Assembly: GCA_964016885.1 (NCBI GenBank)
Contig: OZ024743.1
Span: 335,544,001 to 335,608,000 of the forward strand
Direction of reading: 5' to 3'
Origin: Eledone cirrhosa
Lineage: Eukaryota
DNA: 64,000 nt
Part shown: piece by piece, positions 1-13,819 of the stretch
How the letters are laid out: each line of letters opens with the position of its first letter
How positions within the stretch are numbered: position 1 is the first letter of the stretch
The notes under the pieces: generated by a model
Seen by the model: only the letters and a program-made list of their open reading frames with translations
What the model was told of the DNA's origin: nothing
The model's database searches: none
Program-made: the position numbers and the translations under genes

Positions 1-1072
1 GCCTCACTTGTATTTGTATTTATTTTTACTAATATTATACTATTTATTAACCATTGCCTGACTCTTTATTTTTTCAGTAGTATATTTTCAATAATTATAC
101 AATTTATTAAATAATTAATTAACTAATATAATTATTTATCCTTTAATATTATTTAACATATTATGTATATATTTTTTTAATAATACATAGCATTTTAGTA
201 TACATTGATAAATTATTTCATTTGTATTTTGTAAATATATTATTTTTTTAATAATTCTTTAGCTCTATAAGCCCTAAATATTTTTTTTAAAGTCGTGACA
301 TTTTGACTTAGTAAATATTTGTTTTTCCATTTAATAATTTGTAACTCTCCATTTTATTTTTTATTTTGCAATAACCGCCAGTTAAGTATAAATTTTCAAA
401 CTCTATGTTAAGATGGAGTTATTTATATTTAAGCATATATGACTTTCTCCCCTCTATTCAAATATGTGGTGCTTTTCCGATGATAACACTTAATCTATAT
501 TGGATTTATACTTTGCTGATATTTACTCAACATTAATTTCTTTGAATATTCTGAGTAATAATAGTAACACTTCAACCTATATTTAATCTTTATTTTGCTG
601 AGTATACTTATTCAATATTATTACCTTTGAATGGTTTGAAAAATAATAGTTTATCTGTATTACTGATTGACGCAGTCGAACTTTTTATATCCAATATGAA
701 AATTATCTTTTGGAAATGTATTTTTATATTTTAAAATTTATATTTGAACTGCACACCTGCTCTTATTAACTTTCGTAATGCTTATGATATATGTTTATTT
801 ACTAGTTTTGACATATGTCTTGCATTATACTTACCTTTCTATAGTAGCATGTTTCTTTATAACAGCATGTTAATTTTCATTTGTAATGCTATTAGCTGCT
901 CCTAATTTTATTTCATTGCATTTATATGCTCATATTTTTCATATGCTTCTTCTGCTTTTGCTATTTTTTCTTATATAAATGTTGATACTTATGCTTACTT
1001 CCTATATTATGTACCCTCCTAATGTTCTTATGACAAACTTCTGATATATTTGTGTTTCAACCTTTATTATAT

Positions 1073-1113
1073 TCTCCGATGATTTCGGCTTTGTGCTAGG
1101 ATGAAACGTAAGA
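1073..1113 (+). ncRNA. Minimal type I hammerhead ribozyme motif (variant core CCGATGA)
   Basis: TCT-CCGATGA-T-TTCGGC(tttgt)GCTAGGA-T-GAAAC-GTA-AGA; helix I TCT/AGA; follows a T-rich stretch and precedes (TA)n, like a Penelope pLTR remnant. Confidence 0.5.
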
Positions 1114-1778
1114 TGATCGTAAGTGATTAAATGTTTTACACACTATTTGATTGTCATTTATAAACTTTATATATATATATATGTGATAAAAAGAGAAGAC
1201 TGACTTCACTGGTGATTGACGTTCTTCAATAATTCAAATCTTTAGAATGAGTCGTTATTGAAATGGGTTCTAATATTAAAGAACACCAACCACCAGTTAA
1301 GTCATTCCTTCTTTTATTCAAATTTATATTACTGTACCAAGGAATTCTCTCCATGTTCTAATATATATATATATTAAGCTATATCTGTATATATACAGTG
1401 TAGGTAACTCTGACAGCGCCAAAATGTATATAAATATAAACATGTTTAATATGTGAGCGCCAATTCTATGCAAATTAATACATCCATCGATGATTTCTAC
1501 TGACATCGAATGGGTATATAAGTACATCGAATATGTATTTCTTTGTGGTTGGTTATCTTATACACGTCTTCTGAGGTCGGAAAAGCGATTAAAGGTGTGT
1601 ATCTATATATAAATATATTTTTTTCACTTTACAGGGAAATTAGTATTTTCTTGCATGTTTAGATGTCTACACACTAAAAATGTGCATACTTATACACACA
1701 TTGGTACAGTTTCGCTTATTCACTATATGTATATACAGATAAAACTTAGTCGCACACTTCGGCTCAATAGAGCACCAT

Positions 1779-1855
<77 letters not shown>
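1779..1855. repeat. (TA)n microsatellite (one of many in the window)
   Basis: Direct dinucleotide run. Confidence 0.95.
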
Positions 1856-1857
<2 letters not shown>

Positions 1858-2212
1858 GGGAGGGGAGGTATATATATTTGTGCGTGTGTGTGTGTATATA
1901 TATATGAATAAGTATATATAAATGTATGTATATATATATGAATAAGTATATATAAATATGTCTGTGTTTCTGTGTATGTATGTGTGTCTTTGTATACCTG
2001 TGCGTGTATCTGTGTGTGTGCGTATATAAATGTTTATTATATAGAAACAGGCAGACAAACAGACAGTCATGCAGGCTATTTGCTATAAATGAATGAATGA
2101 ATGAATGAATGAATAGCACTGCAGATAATATCTACTTTTTTAAAGTATAATTCAAATTAGAGACGTAAGGTAGCTAATGATGAAAGGATCGCCGTAACAA
2201 TAATTGTTTCTA

Positions 2213-2300
2213 CTTTAGCCACAAGGCCAGCAAATAACCAGTTCATTACTGGTACTTTATTTTATCGACCCCGTAAGGATGAAAGGCAAAGTCAACCTCG
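2213..2300 (-). mobile_element. Dispersed SINE fragment
   Basis: Reverse complement of the core TTTGCCTTTCATCCTTACGGGGTCGATAAAATAAAGTACCAG also seen near 25590, 31315, 58530 and 62130. Confidence 0.7.
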
Positions 2301-2391
2301 TAAAAATAATCATTTCAAATAAAATTTCAAACTGGCACCATTCCAAACTACCTCAGATTGAGAGTAAATTAATGATAAAGCAGTTATTGGA

Positions 2392-3925
2392 ATGGTACCG
2401 TGTGCAAAAGCGAGAGCACGGTGGACGGATCGGTTAAATTGCTCGGGGTCTGGTTCGGACCGGACCTCCAGATGGAGCAAAATTGGAGCGAGGTGACGAG
2501 CACGGTGGCCTCCCTCACCCAGAAATGGGCCGAGAGGAAGCTGTCCCTGAAAGGCGGGCGGAGATGGCGAATGCGTACATCGCATCCTTCATCTACTACC
2601 GCCTCACCGTCGTCCCTTGCTCCGGCCCAACTCTCACCAAAATGGAGCGCCTCCTCTTCCGCTTTTTGTGGAAGGGACGCGCTCCCATGGTCAGACGATC
2701 CATCTGCTGTCAACACCCGTTGCGTGGAGGACGGGGCATGCCATGGCTGATGATGCGCAAACATGCGCTAAGGCTGCGACATCTCTGGTGCTTCCTTGAT
2801 GGTGAACAGGTGTGGTCGCCGTTCGTCAGGCACGTTTTCCTACAGCTCGTCTCCTTGACGGAGCTGCAGTCCTGGGTCAGAAAAAAACCGAGGGATAGCG
2901 CTTGGAAACTGGAATGTCTCCAGGCGCTCACTGCCCTCTGCCAGCTGGGCACCTGTATCGGTGGAACATCCACCTCAGCGTTCTATAGAAGACTAGTGGA
3001 GGGGAGAGCGACGACGTTCTTGGAGAGATCCTGGGCGTCGAAGAAGATCAGGCGTTTGCTCTCTTCCGGAGAACTTTCAGCCCAGGGCCTATGGATAACT
3101 TCCTAAAATCACTGGCCTGGCAGTGCTACTGGGGAGCGCTGCCGGTTCGAGATAAGATCTACAGGAACGGAAGTGCCGTCAGCCGAGCCTGTCCGAGATG
3201 CGCGCTGAGCGATGAAACCGTCGTGCACGCACTCATTCAGTGCCCGAGCATTGCTGACTTGTGCAGCTATGTCGCGACAGTTGCTGTCGCGTGTAGGACT
3301 GATCCGGTTGTCGACTGAGTCCATTGTGCAGATGGTCGCGCCGTCTTCCTTCGAGGAGGTAGGGCAGGCGGTTTTCATCTGCCTGGTAGCCATGGCGAAA
3401 GAGATTGTGTGGTGGACAAGGTTAAAAGGGTTAAAGACAGACAGTTTCTTAATCGGCGAATCCCTAATTAACTTTTTCAGATTTCACTTGAAGAGGAAAA
3501 TCAGGGTGGAGAGGCAAGTGCTGCCTTCTAGCAAGTTTGTTGAAATCTGGGTGCATGTAGCGAGAATGGTCCGAGTGAACGGGACCACTCTGAATATACG
3601 TCTGTAGTTTGAGAGATGGAAAAATTGAGAGAGGGCGCTTGCCCTGGTGGTCAGGGTGGCCGTTGTGTTTTGTGTGGTTTTCGCCACGACTAACCCTCGG
3701 AGGTTTCCCCCCTATTGGGGAATTTTTCATTGTTTCAATTTTCATTTTTATTGTTTATATATATATATGTTTCTATGTCCTTTTTTTTTCTTTTCTTATA
3801 TAAATAATAAGAATATTTACACGCAAAAACCCACATCGTACCGTCCTGTACCGTCCTGTGCCGTCTGTAATGTTTTTCTTTATGTCAGCCCTTGTGGCTA
3901 ATAAAGAAATCATTATTATTATTAT
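2392..3925 (+). mobile_element. 5'-truncated, frameshifted Tx1/L1-clade LINE (ORF2 C-terminus + 3'UTR)
   Basis: ORF pieces 2400-3607 match the C-terminus of the intact ORF2s (DGSVKLLGVWFGPDLQ, CPRC..ETVVHALIQC); AATAAA then (TAT)n tail. Confidence 0.9.
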
Positions 3926-4073
3926 TTTTTATTACATCCTCTGTTTTTTTTTTACACGCTGAAATGCCCATTTGTACCGTCCTGTATTGTCCTGTACTTT
4001 CCTTAATGTCTACTTTATGTAAACCCTTGTGGTTAATAAAGAAAACATTATTATTATTATTATTGTTATTATT
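3926..4073 (+). mobile_element. Very short 3'UTR-only insertion of the Tx1 A/C family
   Basis: TTACATCCTCTG...GAAATGCCCATTTGTACCGTCC...GTGGTTAATAAAG(TAT)n near-identical to 13470-13610 and 25310-25480. Confidence 0.8.
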
Positions 4074-7000
4074 CTTTGAGTCTTAGTCATTGATGTTAGT
4101 CAACTGGAAAGTTTGTTGAGATGAATATCAAGCCACTACCTGCAGCCTCAGATATTCAGGACGTATCCGAGGGTTCTTGCTGTTCCCAGCAAGCATGCCT
4201 TTTGAAGCGTTCCAAAAAGCGTGATGAGGCCAATTTTCTTCAACCATCCCTGGAAACTTTTTGAGATAGTCCCTAGTGAGCCTCTGACAATCGGGATCAC
4301 TTTGACTTAATGGCAGTTCCAAATCCTTTTTACATTCCCACTTTAAGTCCTGGTATCGGTTAATTTTCTCCCTCTCCTTCTCTTGCACTCTCGTGTCGAA
4401 TGGGCAGGCCACATCCACAATCAGGCACGATCTTTTTTCTTTGTCCAAAACCACCAGGTCAGGTCTATTGTGTTCCAGTTTCTTGTCCGTCTGTATCCTA
4501 AAATCCCACAGCACCTTCACCTGATCGTTTTCTATCACCGCCTCTGGCTTATGCTCATACCACTTCTCAGAATGTGGTAAATTGTTTACTTTGCATAGGT
4601 GCAAGTGGATCACCCTGCCCATCACATCATGTCTCCAGCCCTTATAGTGAGTCTGGGCTAGGTGTTTACACTCGTATACAATGTGAGCCACAATCTCCTC
4701 TCTCTCTCCACATATCCTGCACATTAGGCTAGCCTCCTCCTTGTAAATGTGGTGTTTCAACCACTTCGTTTTGAGGGCCTGCTCCTGCGCAGCCATTAAC
4801 AGTCCTTCTGTAGCCTTTTTAAGGTCTCCTCTTTTCAACCAGTTCCATGTCTGTGGATCTCTAAATTCAGTTTTCTCAAAGAAGGTACTATGAAGGGATT
4901 TTTCCTGAAGGCTGCTCTTTCTCCTTGATGTTATTTCCTCCTTGGACATCCCCTGGCCTATTGTCCTCTCCTTCAGTACAGCTCTGAGCATTGGCTCCTT
5001 ACTATCAGTCACGTATTTGTGTAGGTTGCTTTTCTCCATCTGAACACAGTCCTCTATGCTGATAAACCTCTTACAGCCTCAGATCTCCTTAAGTAGAGTC
5101 TATCGACATCACTCCTCTTGTGGAACATATTTCGATAGTCAATAGCTTCCTCGTCTTCCTATCCATTTCTTTTTGTTCAGCAACATTCCATCTCAGAATT
5201 CCCGCACTGTACCTAATAATAGACACATCTCGGGAATTTACTGCACTTATGGCATTCCTACTGTTCAGATGTGACTTTAATACGCTCCTTACTCTCCGAA
5301 GGTATTCAGTTCTTATAAATTCCTTCATTTTTTTTGTTCTTGATGTCATCTGCCTCCAGAATACCCAAATACTTGTATCCTTCTTCAGAGTCAATTTCTT
5401 TTATCATCTCACCTGTTGGTATCTGGATTCCGTTACTTCTGCTCAACTTACCCTTCCTCATCACAATGACTCCACACTTACTAATACCAAATTGCATACA
5501 TATATCATTGCTGAAAATACGGACAGTGTCAACAAGCACATCCAACTCCTTCTCACTCTTCCCGAAGAGCTTAAGATCGTCCATGAAGAGGAGGTGATTG
5601 ATGGTAAGCCCTCCCTTTCCCAACCTGTATCCTGCTCTCACTTTTCGCAGTACACTGGTCAGGGGTATCAGGGAAAGGACAAACAACAGAGGGGACAGAC
5701 TATCTCCCTGGAAGATACCTCTCTTGATCTTCACGCTTCCCAAAGATTCTCCAGATGTTAACTCTGTTTCACAGGACTTCATACTTTTGCCCAACAACTG
5801 CCTGATGTTATCTGCCACCTTGAAGATCTCCAGGCTTTTGGTGATCCAAGAATGAGGCACCATGTCAAATGCCTTTTTGTAGTCTATGTATCCCATGGCA
5901 AGACCAGTGTGTCTCCTCTTGCAATTCCTCATTACCATCTTATCAATAAGTAACTGGTCCGTTGTACCACGTGACTTCTTTCGGCATCCTTTCTGTTCGT
6001 CCGGTAACAAGTTGTTTGTGTGGAGGTGATGGTAGATTTCCTCTGACATAATGCTTGTCAATAGTTTCCACATTACGGACAGACATGTGATAGGTCTATA
6101 GTTGGTAACATCATTACCCTTGATTCGGTCTTTCATTATCAGAACTGTGGTACCTTTTGTCAACCACTCTGGTACCTCACCTGACATCAAGCAGTCATTG
6201 AACATGGTTGTCAGTTTCGGGTGGAGGGATGTTATGTTTTTAATCCAATACCCCTGCACACCATCTGGGCCAGGTGATTTCCAGTTGGTTAGTTTTTTGG
6301 TCTGCCCCTTAAGAGTTTCAACTGTGATACTCAAATCAGTTTGTTGGCGTGCCTGTTCACTGATCTCCTTCTGTACTGTCTCAATCCACACTGCCTGGTC
6401 ATTATGTTTAACATCCTGCTCCCATATTCCTCTCCAGAATGTTTTAGTTTGTTCCGCCTCAGGGATCAAGTCGTTGCCTCTTTCTTTCCCTTCAAGCTGT
6501 CCAAACAGCATCTTCTGGTTGTTGTTGAACATGCGGTTCTGTCTATACTGGCTGACTCTGTTCTCGTATCGCCTGATTTTTGCACTTTTTGCTACAATGC
6601 GTTGCTTCAGTTCCTCTATGATAATATTTAGCTTTTTCCTCCTAGTTTTGTACTTTATTTCCAGTCTATTTTTAGTGTCTATGTTTTTTAGTGTCCCATT
6701 CAGTAGGGACTCAAGCTTTCCAATGTCATTTCTCATTTCCCTGATTTGACCACCCAGTCGTTTCTTCCACCAAGGCTCTGCTCTTTCTTGTCTGTTGTTT
6801 CCTCTCTCTTTTATACCAAGTAGTTTCCTCACCGTATTTGCTGTTGCTTTGAGGATATTGTTGCACTGGTGAAGGCTCTTCGCCTCAAGGTATGGGATGA
6901 CTTTGTTTACATTAGCTGTTGTTTCTTTTAACTTTTTCCTGTCTACAAATCTTAGGTTCATAGGTCTCCCACTATCATTGTTCAATTCATCTACCACTAA

Positions 7001-7630
7001 GTTTAGGATATCTACCAAATCTTGTCCTAGCCCGTCAGCATTCATCTCCTCAGTGGCCGTATCTCTGTTCCAGGTATTATTTATCTCAGCATTCAGATCA
7101 TTGTCTGTTTCGGGTGGTTCCTCCATTCTCTCGACCTCTTCACCTTCATTTCCCACTGGCTCGTTTGCCTGGCACACTCCACCCTCCATCTCCAAGCTAA
7201 TCTCCCTGCCCAGTTCCTCCAGATCCAGCTCGCTTATCCACCCATTAGTACTTATTACCCGAGCCTGCCCGGCCAGTTTTTGTTCATCTAATTTAAATGG
7301 ACCAATCTCGTTCCAGATGTTATGCATTCTTTTCCTATAGCCTTTCTCCTTGGGGTTACTCTTCAGGTAACATTGCATAACAGTTCTATTCAATTCTTTC
7401 GTCCAGTTGGTTCTGGTCCCTTTCCTTCTTCTTCTTCCTCCGACACCAGCAGTATTTGTTTGACAGCCAGGTACCTGCTGCTGAGCCAGGGAGCACCTGT
7501 TGTGTGAGAGTCTGTCACATGACATTCTAGTCTCCATTTCACCGTTATTCGAAATGTTTAGGTTCGACATTTAAACACTCTTATCGAGGATTGGCGAATG
7601 TATGGTTACATAACCACCGGTGAATTACTT

Positions 7631-7632
<2 letters not shown>
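4074..7632 (-). mobile_element. R4/Dong-clade non-LTR retrotransposon (single ORF, RT + CCHC + restriction-like endonuclease), frameshifted
   Basis: GIFQGDSLSPLLF and HLLFMDD RT motifs; CRICGEREEIVAHIVYEC, RHD, RPDLVVLD..LIVDV..EK (PD-D/ExK); (TAA)n on both flanks. Confidence 0.9.
4128..7570 (-). pseudogene. Dong/R4 RT-RLE ORF broken into pieces (5306-7570, 5089-5394, 4128-5039)
   Basis: Collinear ORF fragments in different frames. Confidence 0.85.

Positions 7633-7674
<42 letters not shown>
7633..7674. repeat. (TAT)n microsatellite between Dong and Tx1 element A
   Basis: Direct trinucleotide run. Confidence 0.95.
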
Positions 7675-7882
7675 GGCGACCTACGTAGTAAATCGTATCA
7701 TCGTGAGCTCCGCAAAGGTTTGTTATTTCCGTTTGTTAAAAATTGTCATTTATGGAAAATTTTATTGTTAACTGTTTGTAAGCGCACATACATTGTTTTC
7801 CGAAAAGGACACCCAAAAAGATTGGGGCCTTGTGCCCAAAATTTAAACTTTTATTATTACCAAAAAATTTCTTTGAAAAAAA

Positions 7883-9871
7883 ATGGCTAATTCACCTCTG
7901 CACGAAGCAGCTGAAAGCCTTCCTCACAAATTAACACCTCACACCGACACCACCATTGTAAATGTTACTACGTTTGCCAACACAAAAAAAAATATAAGCA
8001 CTAGCAATATTTTAAATTTGTCTCAGGCAGACATTCATTTCCCGCCATTACCAATGACTGCAGGTGTTAAAGCCTCCACCACCACCACCACCGCGACAAC
8101 CACCACCACCACCACCACCACCACCGCGACAACAGAAACAAAAGAAGAAAAAAATAAATTAACTCGTGATGTCGAAATGAAATCAAGCAAAATGGACTCT
8201 TCCCCAGCAAAGACGACTGACGTTACCACCACCACAACTGAAACTAAAATTAATATTAACGATAGCAACAACAACAACAATGACATTATAAAACCCCCCC
8301 TCAGTTTCACCAGAGTAGCAAAACAGTTCGAAGCATTTACGGTAACTCAGGAGGATTTAGAAAATGCCAAACAAATGGTAAAAAAAGATCGGTACAGGGT
8401 CAGCCCCCCCCCCACCTAATAAAATAGAGCATCGGCGCCTATGCACCGTGTCGTATAGAACAATAAATGTAAAATCGCGCCTAGTGGAACGGGCATCCGA
8501 GTCCCAAATCCAAAAAGCTTTGGGACATGTGTGGGCAAGAAAAACCCACATCAGACGTGGGCCAAAGTATGGAACCGTGGACGTGTTCTTTGAAACACCA
8601 GAGGAGGCTAGAGAACACTCCATGGCCCCATTAAGAAGTGACGACTTCACACTCGTCCCAAGCTATTGTGGCCAGAGACTCGTAAAGATCAGGGTGACCC
8701 ACGTTCCACCGGCCTTCGAAATTCCCTGGCTAATAGCGGCCGTCCTCGCCGGCATCGAAGCCAACACGAAAATAATAGCAATAGCAAAAGAAAAGCAGGA
8801 GAACTGGTCCGGATCTGGGATGGAGCTCCTGATCCAAGCGGACCAAAAAAGCATTGAGGAGATCCCAGAGGTAATAGACCTCACTGACGGCAGCCACCTC
8901 ACGGTAATTGTCGAGGGCAGAAGACCTAGGTGTGTCGTTTGTGGTGAAGGAACACACCTAAGGGCTTTCTGCCCTCAGGTAAAAGGTTGAGGCCACCTCT
9001 CCTACCCACCCCAGTGACACAACCATCAACACCACCAGTAGCAGAGATGGCAGCAACAACTGTAGCAGCAACAACAGAAGCAAATGTAACAGAAACAACC
9101 CCAGCAACAGTAGCAAAACCAACACCACAACCACCAACAGCAAAACCAACACCACCACCACCCAACGCTTCAGAACTAGCACCAGCGCCTACACCATCCA
9201 CCACGCCACAACCAAAACTAACGGCTGTGGAGGATTTTCCACTCCCCGGCCTATCACAACTGGAGACAGATTGTGACGACGAGGAGTGGGAAACGATATC
9301 CGGTAAAAAAAAAAGAAACCAAAAAAGAAAAAATTCTCTTCCATCCCCCTCAAAAAACAAAATACAGAGGGAAACAAATAAATTAAGAAACAAAAAAGTT
9401 AGGATAGATATGCCACCATCCACACCAGCATCACCAACCCCATCAATCCAAACACCAACACCATCACCATCATTAACCCCAACACCACCATCACCTACAC
9501 CACAAAAGTCACCAAAATGCGAAACAGAAACAAACCCACAACAAACGCAAACAAAACAAAACAACCAAAACGATACACACTACACAGCATTAAATTTGAA
9601 CAACAAGCAATTATTACACTACATCCAACACAACACCAGCATCACAGAAAAAGACTACACAACAACCCCAAAATTCACACCACCTCCACACATACAAATC
9701 ACTCGCATCACACAGAAAACGTACATGACACTAAAACAAAAATTCCCCAAAGACATCGGAGACTTCCGACAAGCACTCTCCAGGAGGATTTATAAGGAAA
9801 TCCTTCCTGAGGAGGCCACAAGCAGTGAAAAGGATGGAAAAACCGTCCTTCCCCTACGACAAGTAAGGTAA
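7883..9871 (+). pseudogene. Element A ORF1 (CCHC zinc knuckle, Pro/Thr-rich), frameshifted
   Basis: Pieces 7883-8419, 8448-8990 (CVVCGEGTHLRAFC), 8987-9871; homologous to ORF1 of element C. Confidence 0.85.
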
Positions 9872-9905
9872 GTGGTCTTTCCCATCTTTTCCACTCCTTT
9901 TCAAC

Positions 9906-12900
9906 ATGACCTCACTCAGAATAGGCAGCATAAATGCGCGTGGCTTGGGGTCGTCATGGAAGCAGGGCCACCTGCTCAACGACCTCAGGTCACTAAACAT
10001 AGATGTAGTGGCCATCAGCGAGACCAGAATCTCCGAAGCACAGGCTTTCGCACCGATCTTCGGCGGCTACGATGTGTACGCATCTCCCAGCCATCCGGGA
10101 TCGGGGGGAGGAGTTGCTGTGCTTTTTCGGAGAGGTTTGGATCTTGCCATACGAGCCATCTTCCTGGACCCAGAAGGTAAGTTGGTGGTGCTGGACGTGA
10201 CCAGCGGAGACGGGCAAGCTTTCAGGTTAGTGGCCGTCTATGCCCCGACAGGAGCAGGGCGGTCTGATTTCTTCCGGCGTCTGGAGACCTTTCTTGGAAC
10301 GTCCCGCTCTTTAGTGTTAGTGGGCGATTGGAACGGGATCTTAGATGCACGCTGGGATTGTGTGGGATAATTGGATAGGGAAGGAGGGTGCAAGAGTCTC
10401 ACCAACCTGCTCAGACGTTTTGAACTGTCTGACACGTACCGAATGGATTTCCCGAATGTACCAATGTGGACTTGGACAAATCGCATAGGGTCATCCAGAT
10501 CATATCTAGATAGAGTATTTTGTAGGGAAATAGATAGGTCTAGCATAGGCTGTCCACAATTCAAGATAGTCAGCTACACGGACCACAAATTCGTGATCTG
10601 TGTGCTTGACTTAGATAGGCTTCATAGACGAGGACCCGGCTACTGGAAGCTAAACGCGTCCTTACCAGCGCTAAGGTCCTACAGAGACCGGATTAGCGAA
10701 CTAGTTAAGCGGACGTTGACGGGGGCCATCGTCAACAACAAGTGGTGGTTTGCTCTGAAAATAGCAATTAGAATATAGTCCATTAGGTTTAGTAAGACTT
10801 TAGCAATAGAGAAAAATAGAGCAGAGGGAGAATTAGTTAGAAAATTAGATGAGGCGCTTAGCAAAGGCATCGCGACCGACGTACTTGCGGCGAAATTGGC
10901 CCTTGACCAATTCTTCAATGCAAAGCACGAAGGCTGCGTTGTCAGAGCTAGGGTGCGTGCTCTCAGACACGAGGGTACGAAAGCCGTTCAATGGGCCCGA
11001 GTGGCGGAGGCGCGTCGTGGCAACAAAGCCACGATCCGGTCTTTGGTGGACCACGACGGGCGCATGCTACTCGATCCCGGGCAAATGTGTGAAGCTTTTC
11101 AGCGACACTTCGCTCAACTGTTCGGGGGCAGTGGCGGGCCGGATCGAGGGATGGTCTTTAGAGTCTACCTCGACGGACTGCCGCGGCTTTCGGCCACTGA
11201 GGCGGAGTGTTGCGAAAAGCCGATAACAACCGCTGAAGTACGGGATGCAATGACTAGTTGCACAAGGGGTAAATCGCCTGGTTTGGATGGTCTGCCCTAT
11301 GAACTTTACGTACAAATGCCAAACCTGTTCGGAGGCCTCTTGGCGGACGTCTACTGCAACTGGCAACAGAACGGGAGAATTCCCAGCTCCGTGAGCCGAG
11401 GAGCGGTGGCGCTGCTGAGAAAGAATCCAAACAAGGGGGATAACATAGATAATTTTAGGCCCATAACTCTGCTAAACACAGAGTTCAAGATTTTGGCCAA
11501 GGTGCTAGCAAAGAGGTCGGCGCTTGTCGTTGGTGGTCTGGTGGGAGAGGCACAGACATGCGCCATTCCCGACAGATCCATCCACGACAACCTCCACCTC
11601 ATGCGATACAACGTAGAGAGGGTAGCTAGGGAACCTGGCAGGGGTGGATCTTTGATCAATTTAGATCAGTCGAAAGCTTTCGATAGGGTCGACCATCGTT
11701 ACCTAGCGGCCGTCCTGAGGGCGGCTGGCTTTGGGCCCGTCTTCAGAGGCTGGATCGCTGCCATGCACAGCGACATCTGCTCTGTGGTGAGAGTGAACGG
11801 TCACCTGTCGGAACCGTTCAACATCATGCGCTCGGTCCGCCAAGGATGTCCCCTCTCGTCCCTCTTGTACGTATTGACTCTCGAGCCATTACTGCACAAA
11901 CTGGAGACGTTGAGGGGAGTCCCGCGCGAACTAGGATGCGGAAGATCTGTGTCAGCATATGCGGACGATGTCACCGTAGTGGTGTCGAGCGCCAAACACA
12001 TCGAGGCGATCGGCACTACACTAAGAGAATACGAAGCGGTGACAGGAGCAATGATCAACCAGGAAAAGTCAGTGGGCCTGCAGCTCGGCACCTGGAGAGG
12101 CAGGTCCATGCCGTCCAACAGCGTCGTCGGGCGCTGGACAGACGGACCGGTTAAATTGCTAGGGGTCTGGTTCGGTCCAGACCTCCAGACAGACAAAAAC
12201 TGGAACGAGGTGACGAGCAGGGTGGCTTCTCTCACCCAGAAATGGGCTGAGAGGAAGCTATCCCTGAAAGGTCGAGCGGAGGTGGCTAACGCGTACATCG
12301 CGTCCGTCATCTGCTACCGCCTGACCGTCGTACCTTGTCCTAAGCCTCGCCTGACTGCGCTGGAGCGTTTGCTCTTTCGCTTTTTGTGGAAGGGACGCGC
12401 TCCGATGGTCAGGCGGTCCATCTGTTGTCAACACCCGCTACGTGGAGGGCTGGGCATGCCGTGGCTGATGATGCGCAGGCACGCGCTCAGGCTACGACAT
12501 CTCCACCTCTTCCTCGACGGTGATCAGGTGTGGTCGCCGTTTGCTAGGCGCGTGTTTCCCCAGCTCGTTTCCTTGACGGAGCTGCAGTCCTGGGTCAAGC
12601 GAAGACCGAGAGGGAGCGCCTGGAGACTGGAATGTCTTCAGGCGCTCACAGCCCTCGACCAATCGGGCAATGTGATCGGTGGAAACTCCACCTCGGCGTT
12701 CTATAGAGGATTAGTGGAGGGGAAGAGCGACGACGTACTTGGGGAAACTCTAGGCGTCGACGAAAATCAACTAGCCAATCTCTTCGGAAGAACTTTCGGG
12801 CCAGGGCCTATGGACAACTTCCAGAAATCTCTGGCCTGGCAGTGCTACCGAGGAGCCTTGCCAGTTCGGGATAAACTCTACAGGCATGGAGGTGCCGTCA

Positions 12901-13325
12901 GCCGGGCATGTCCGAGATGCGTGCAGGGCGACGAAACCGTCCTGCACGCACTCGTCCAGTGTCCGAGCATTGCTGACTTGTGGGTTTATGTCGAACACCT
13001 GCTGTCGCGTTTAGGACGGATCCGGCTATCATCTGAATCCATCGTGAGGATTGCCCCGCCCTCCTCCTTTAGCCGGGAAGGGCAGGCAGTTTTTATCTGT
13101 CTGGTGGCCATGGCGAAAGAGATAGTATGGTGGACACGTTTGAAAGGGCTGAAGACGAGCACTTACCTCTTCGGTGATGCTCTGATTGACTTTTTCTCAT
13201 TTCATTTGAAAAGGAAAATCAGAGTAGAGAGGGAAGTGCTCTCTTCCCAGCATTTTGTTGAAAGATGGGTGAGAGAAGCAAGAATGGCCCGAGTGAATGG
13301 GCCTACTCTGAGTATATATCTGTAA
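9906..13325 (+). pseudogene. Element A ORF2 (APE endonuclease-RT-CCHC) with two in-frame stops
   Basis: Stops at 10368-10370 and 10776-10778 in one frame; otherwise near-identical to 21745-25164. Confidence 0.9.
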
Positions 13326-13819
13326 ATTAAAGGTGGAAAACTGGGAGAGGGCACTTGCCTTGGTGGTCAGGGGCATTGTGGCTTTTTACTGGGCTTTCTC
13401 CACAAATGTCCCTCCGAAGTCTCCCCCCTATTGGGGAATTTATCATTGTTATTTTCATTGTTATTTTTGTTACATCCTCTGTTTTTGTTTTTTACACGCA
13501 GAAATGCCCATTTGTACCGTCCTGCATTGTCCTGCACTGTCCTTAATGTCTACTTTATGTAAACCCTTGTGGTTAATAAAGAAATCATTATTATTATTAT
13601 TATTATTATTGACGAAAGTGGATGTACGTTTTTTGAAGCTCCGTGAGTAAGCAATTTTTGAGGATTAATTGTAGAGAATTGTTTATTTTTTGTACCGCTG
13701 AAGCATTATAAGACATTAATTTGTATCCTGTGAAGGAATAACTCATAATATTTGGGCCTTTTGGCCCAAATATTTGAACTTTATTTTGAAAAAAATAATA
13801 ATTTTTTTCTCAAAAAAAC

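Larger units (their letters stand above)
7675..13610 (+). mobile_element. Full-length Tx1/L1-clade LINE A (disrupted)
   Basis: 5'UTR, gag-like ORF1, EN-RT ORF2, 3'UTR, AATAAA, (TAT)n tail. Confidence 0.92.

Noticed and set aside
1723-2119. ORFs rich in YI/CV/HT repeats (also 26.1k, 29.1k, 30.2k, 46.6k, 58.2k, 63.6k)
   Set aside because: Translations of (TA)n/(TG)n microsatellites, not genes
5120-7507. Plus-strand ORFs opposite the Dong ORF, and antisense ORFs within the Tx1 ORFs
   Set aside because: Shadow frames of retrotransposon coding sequence with no independent motifs
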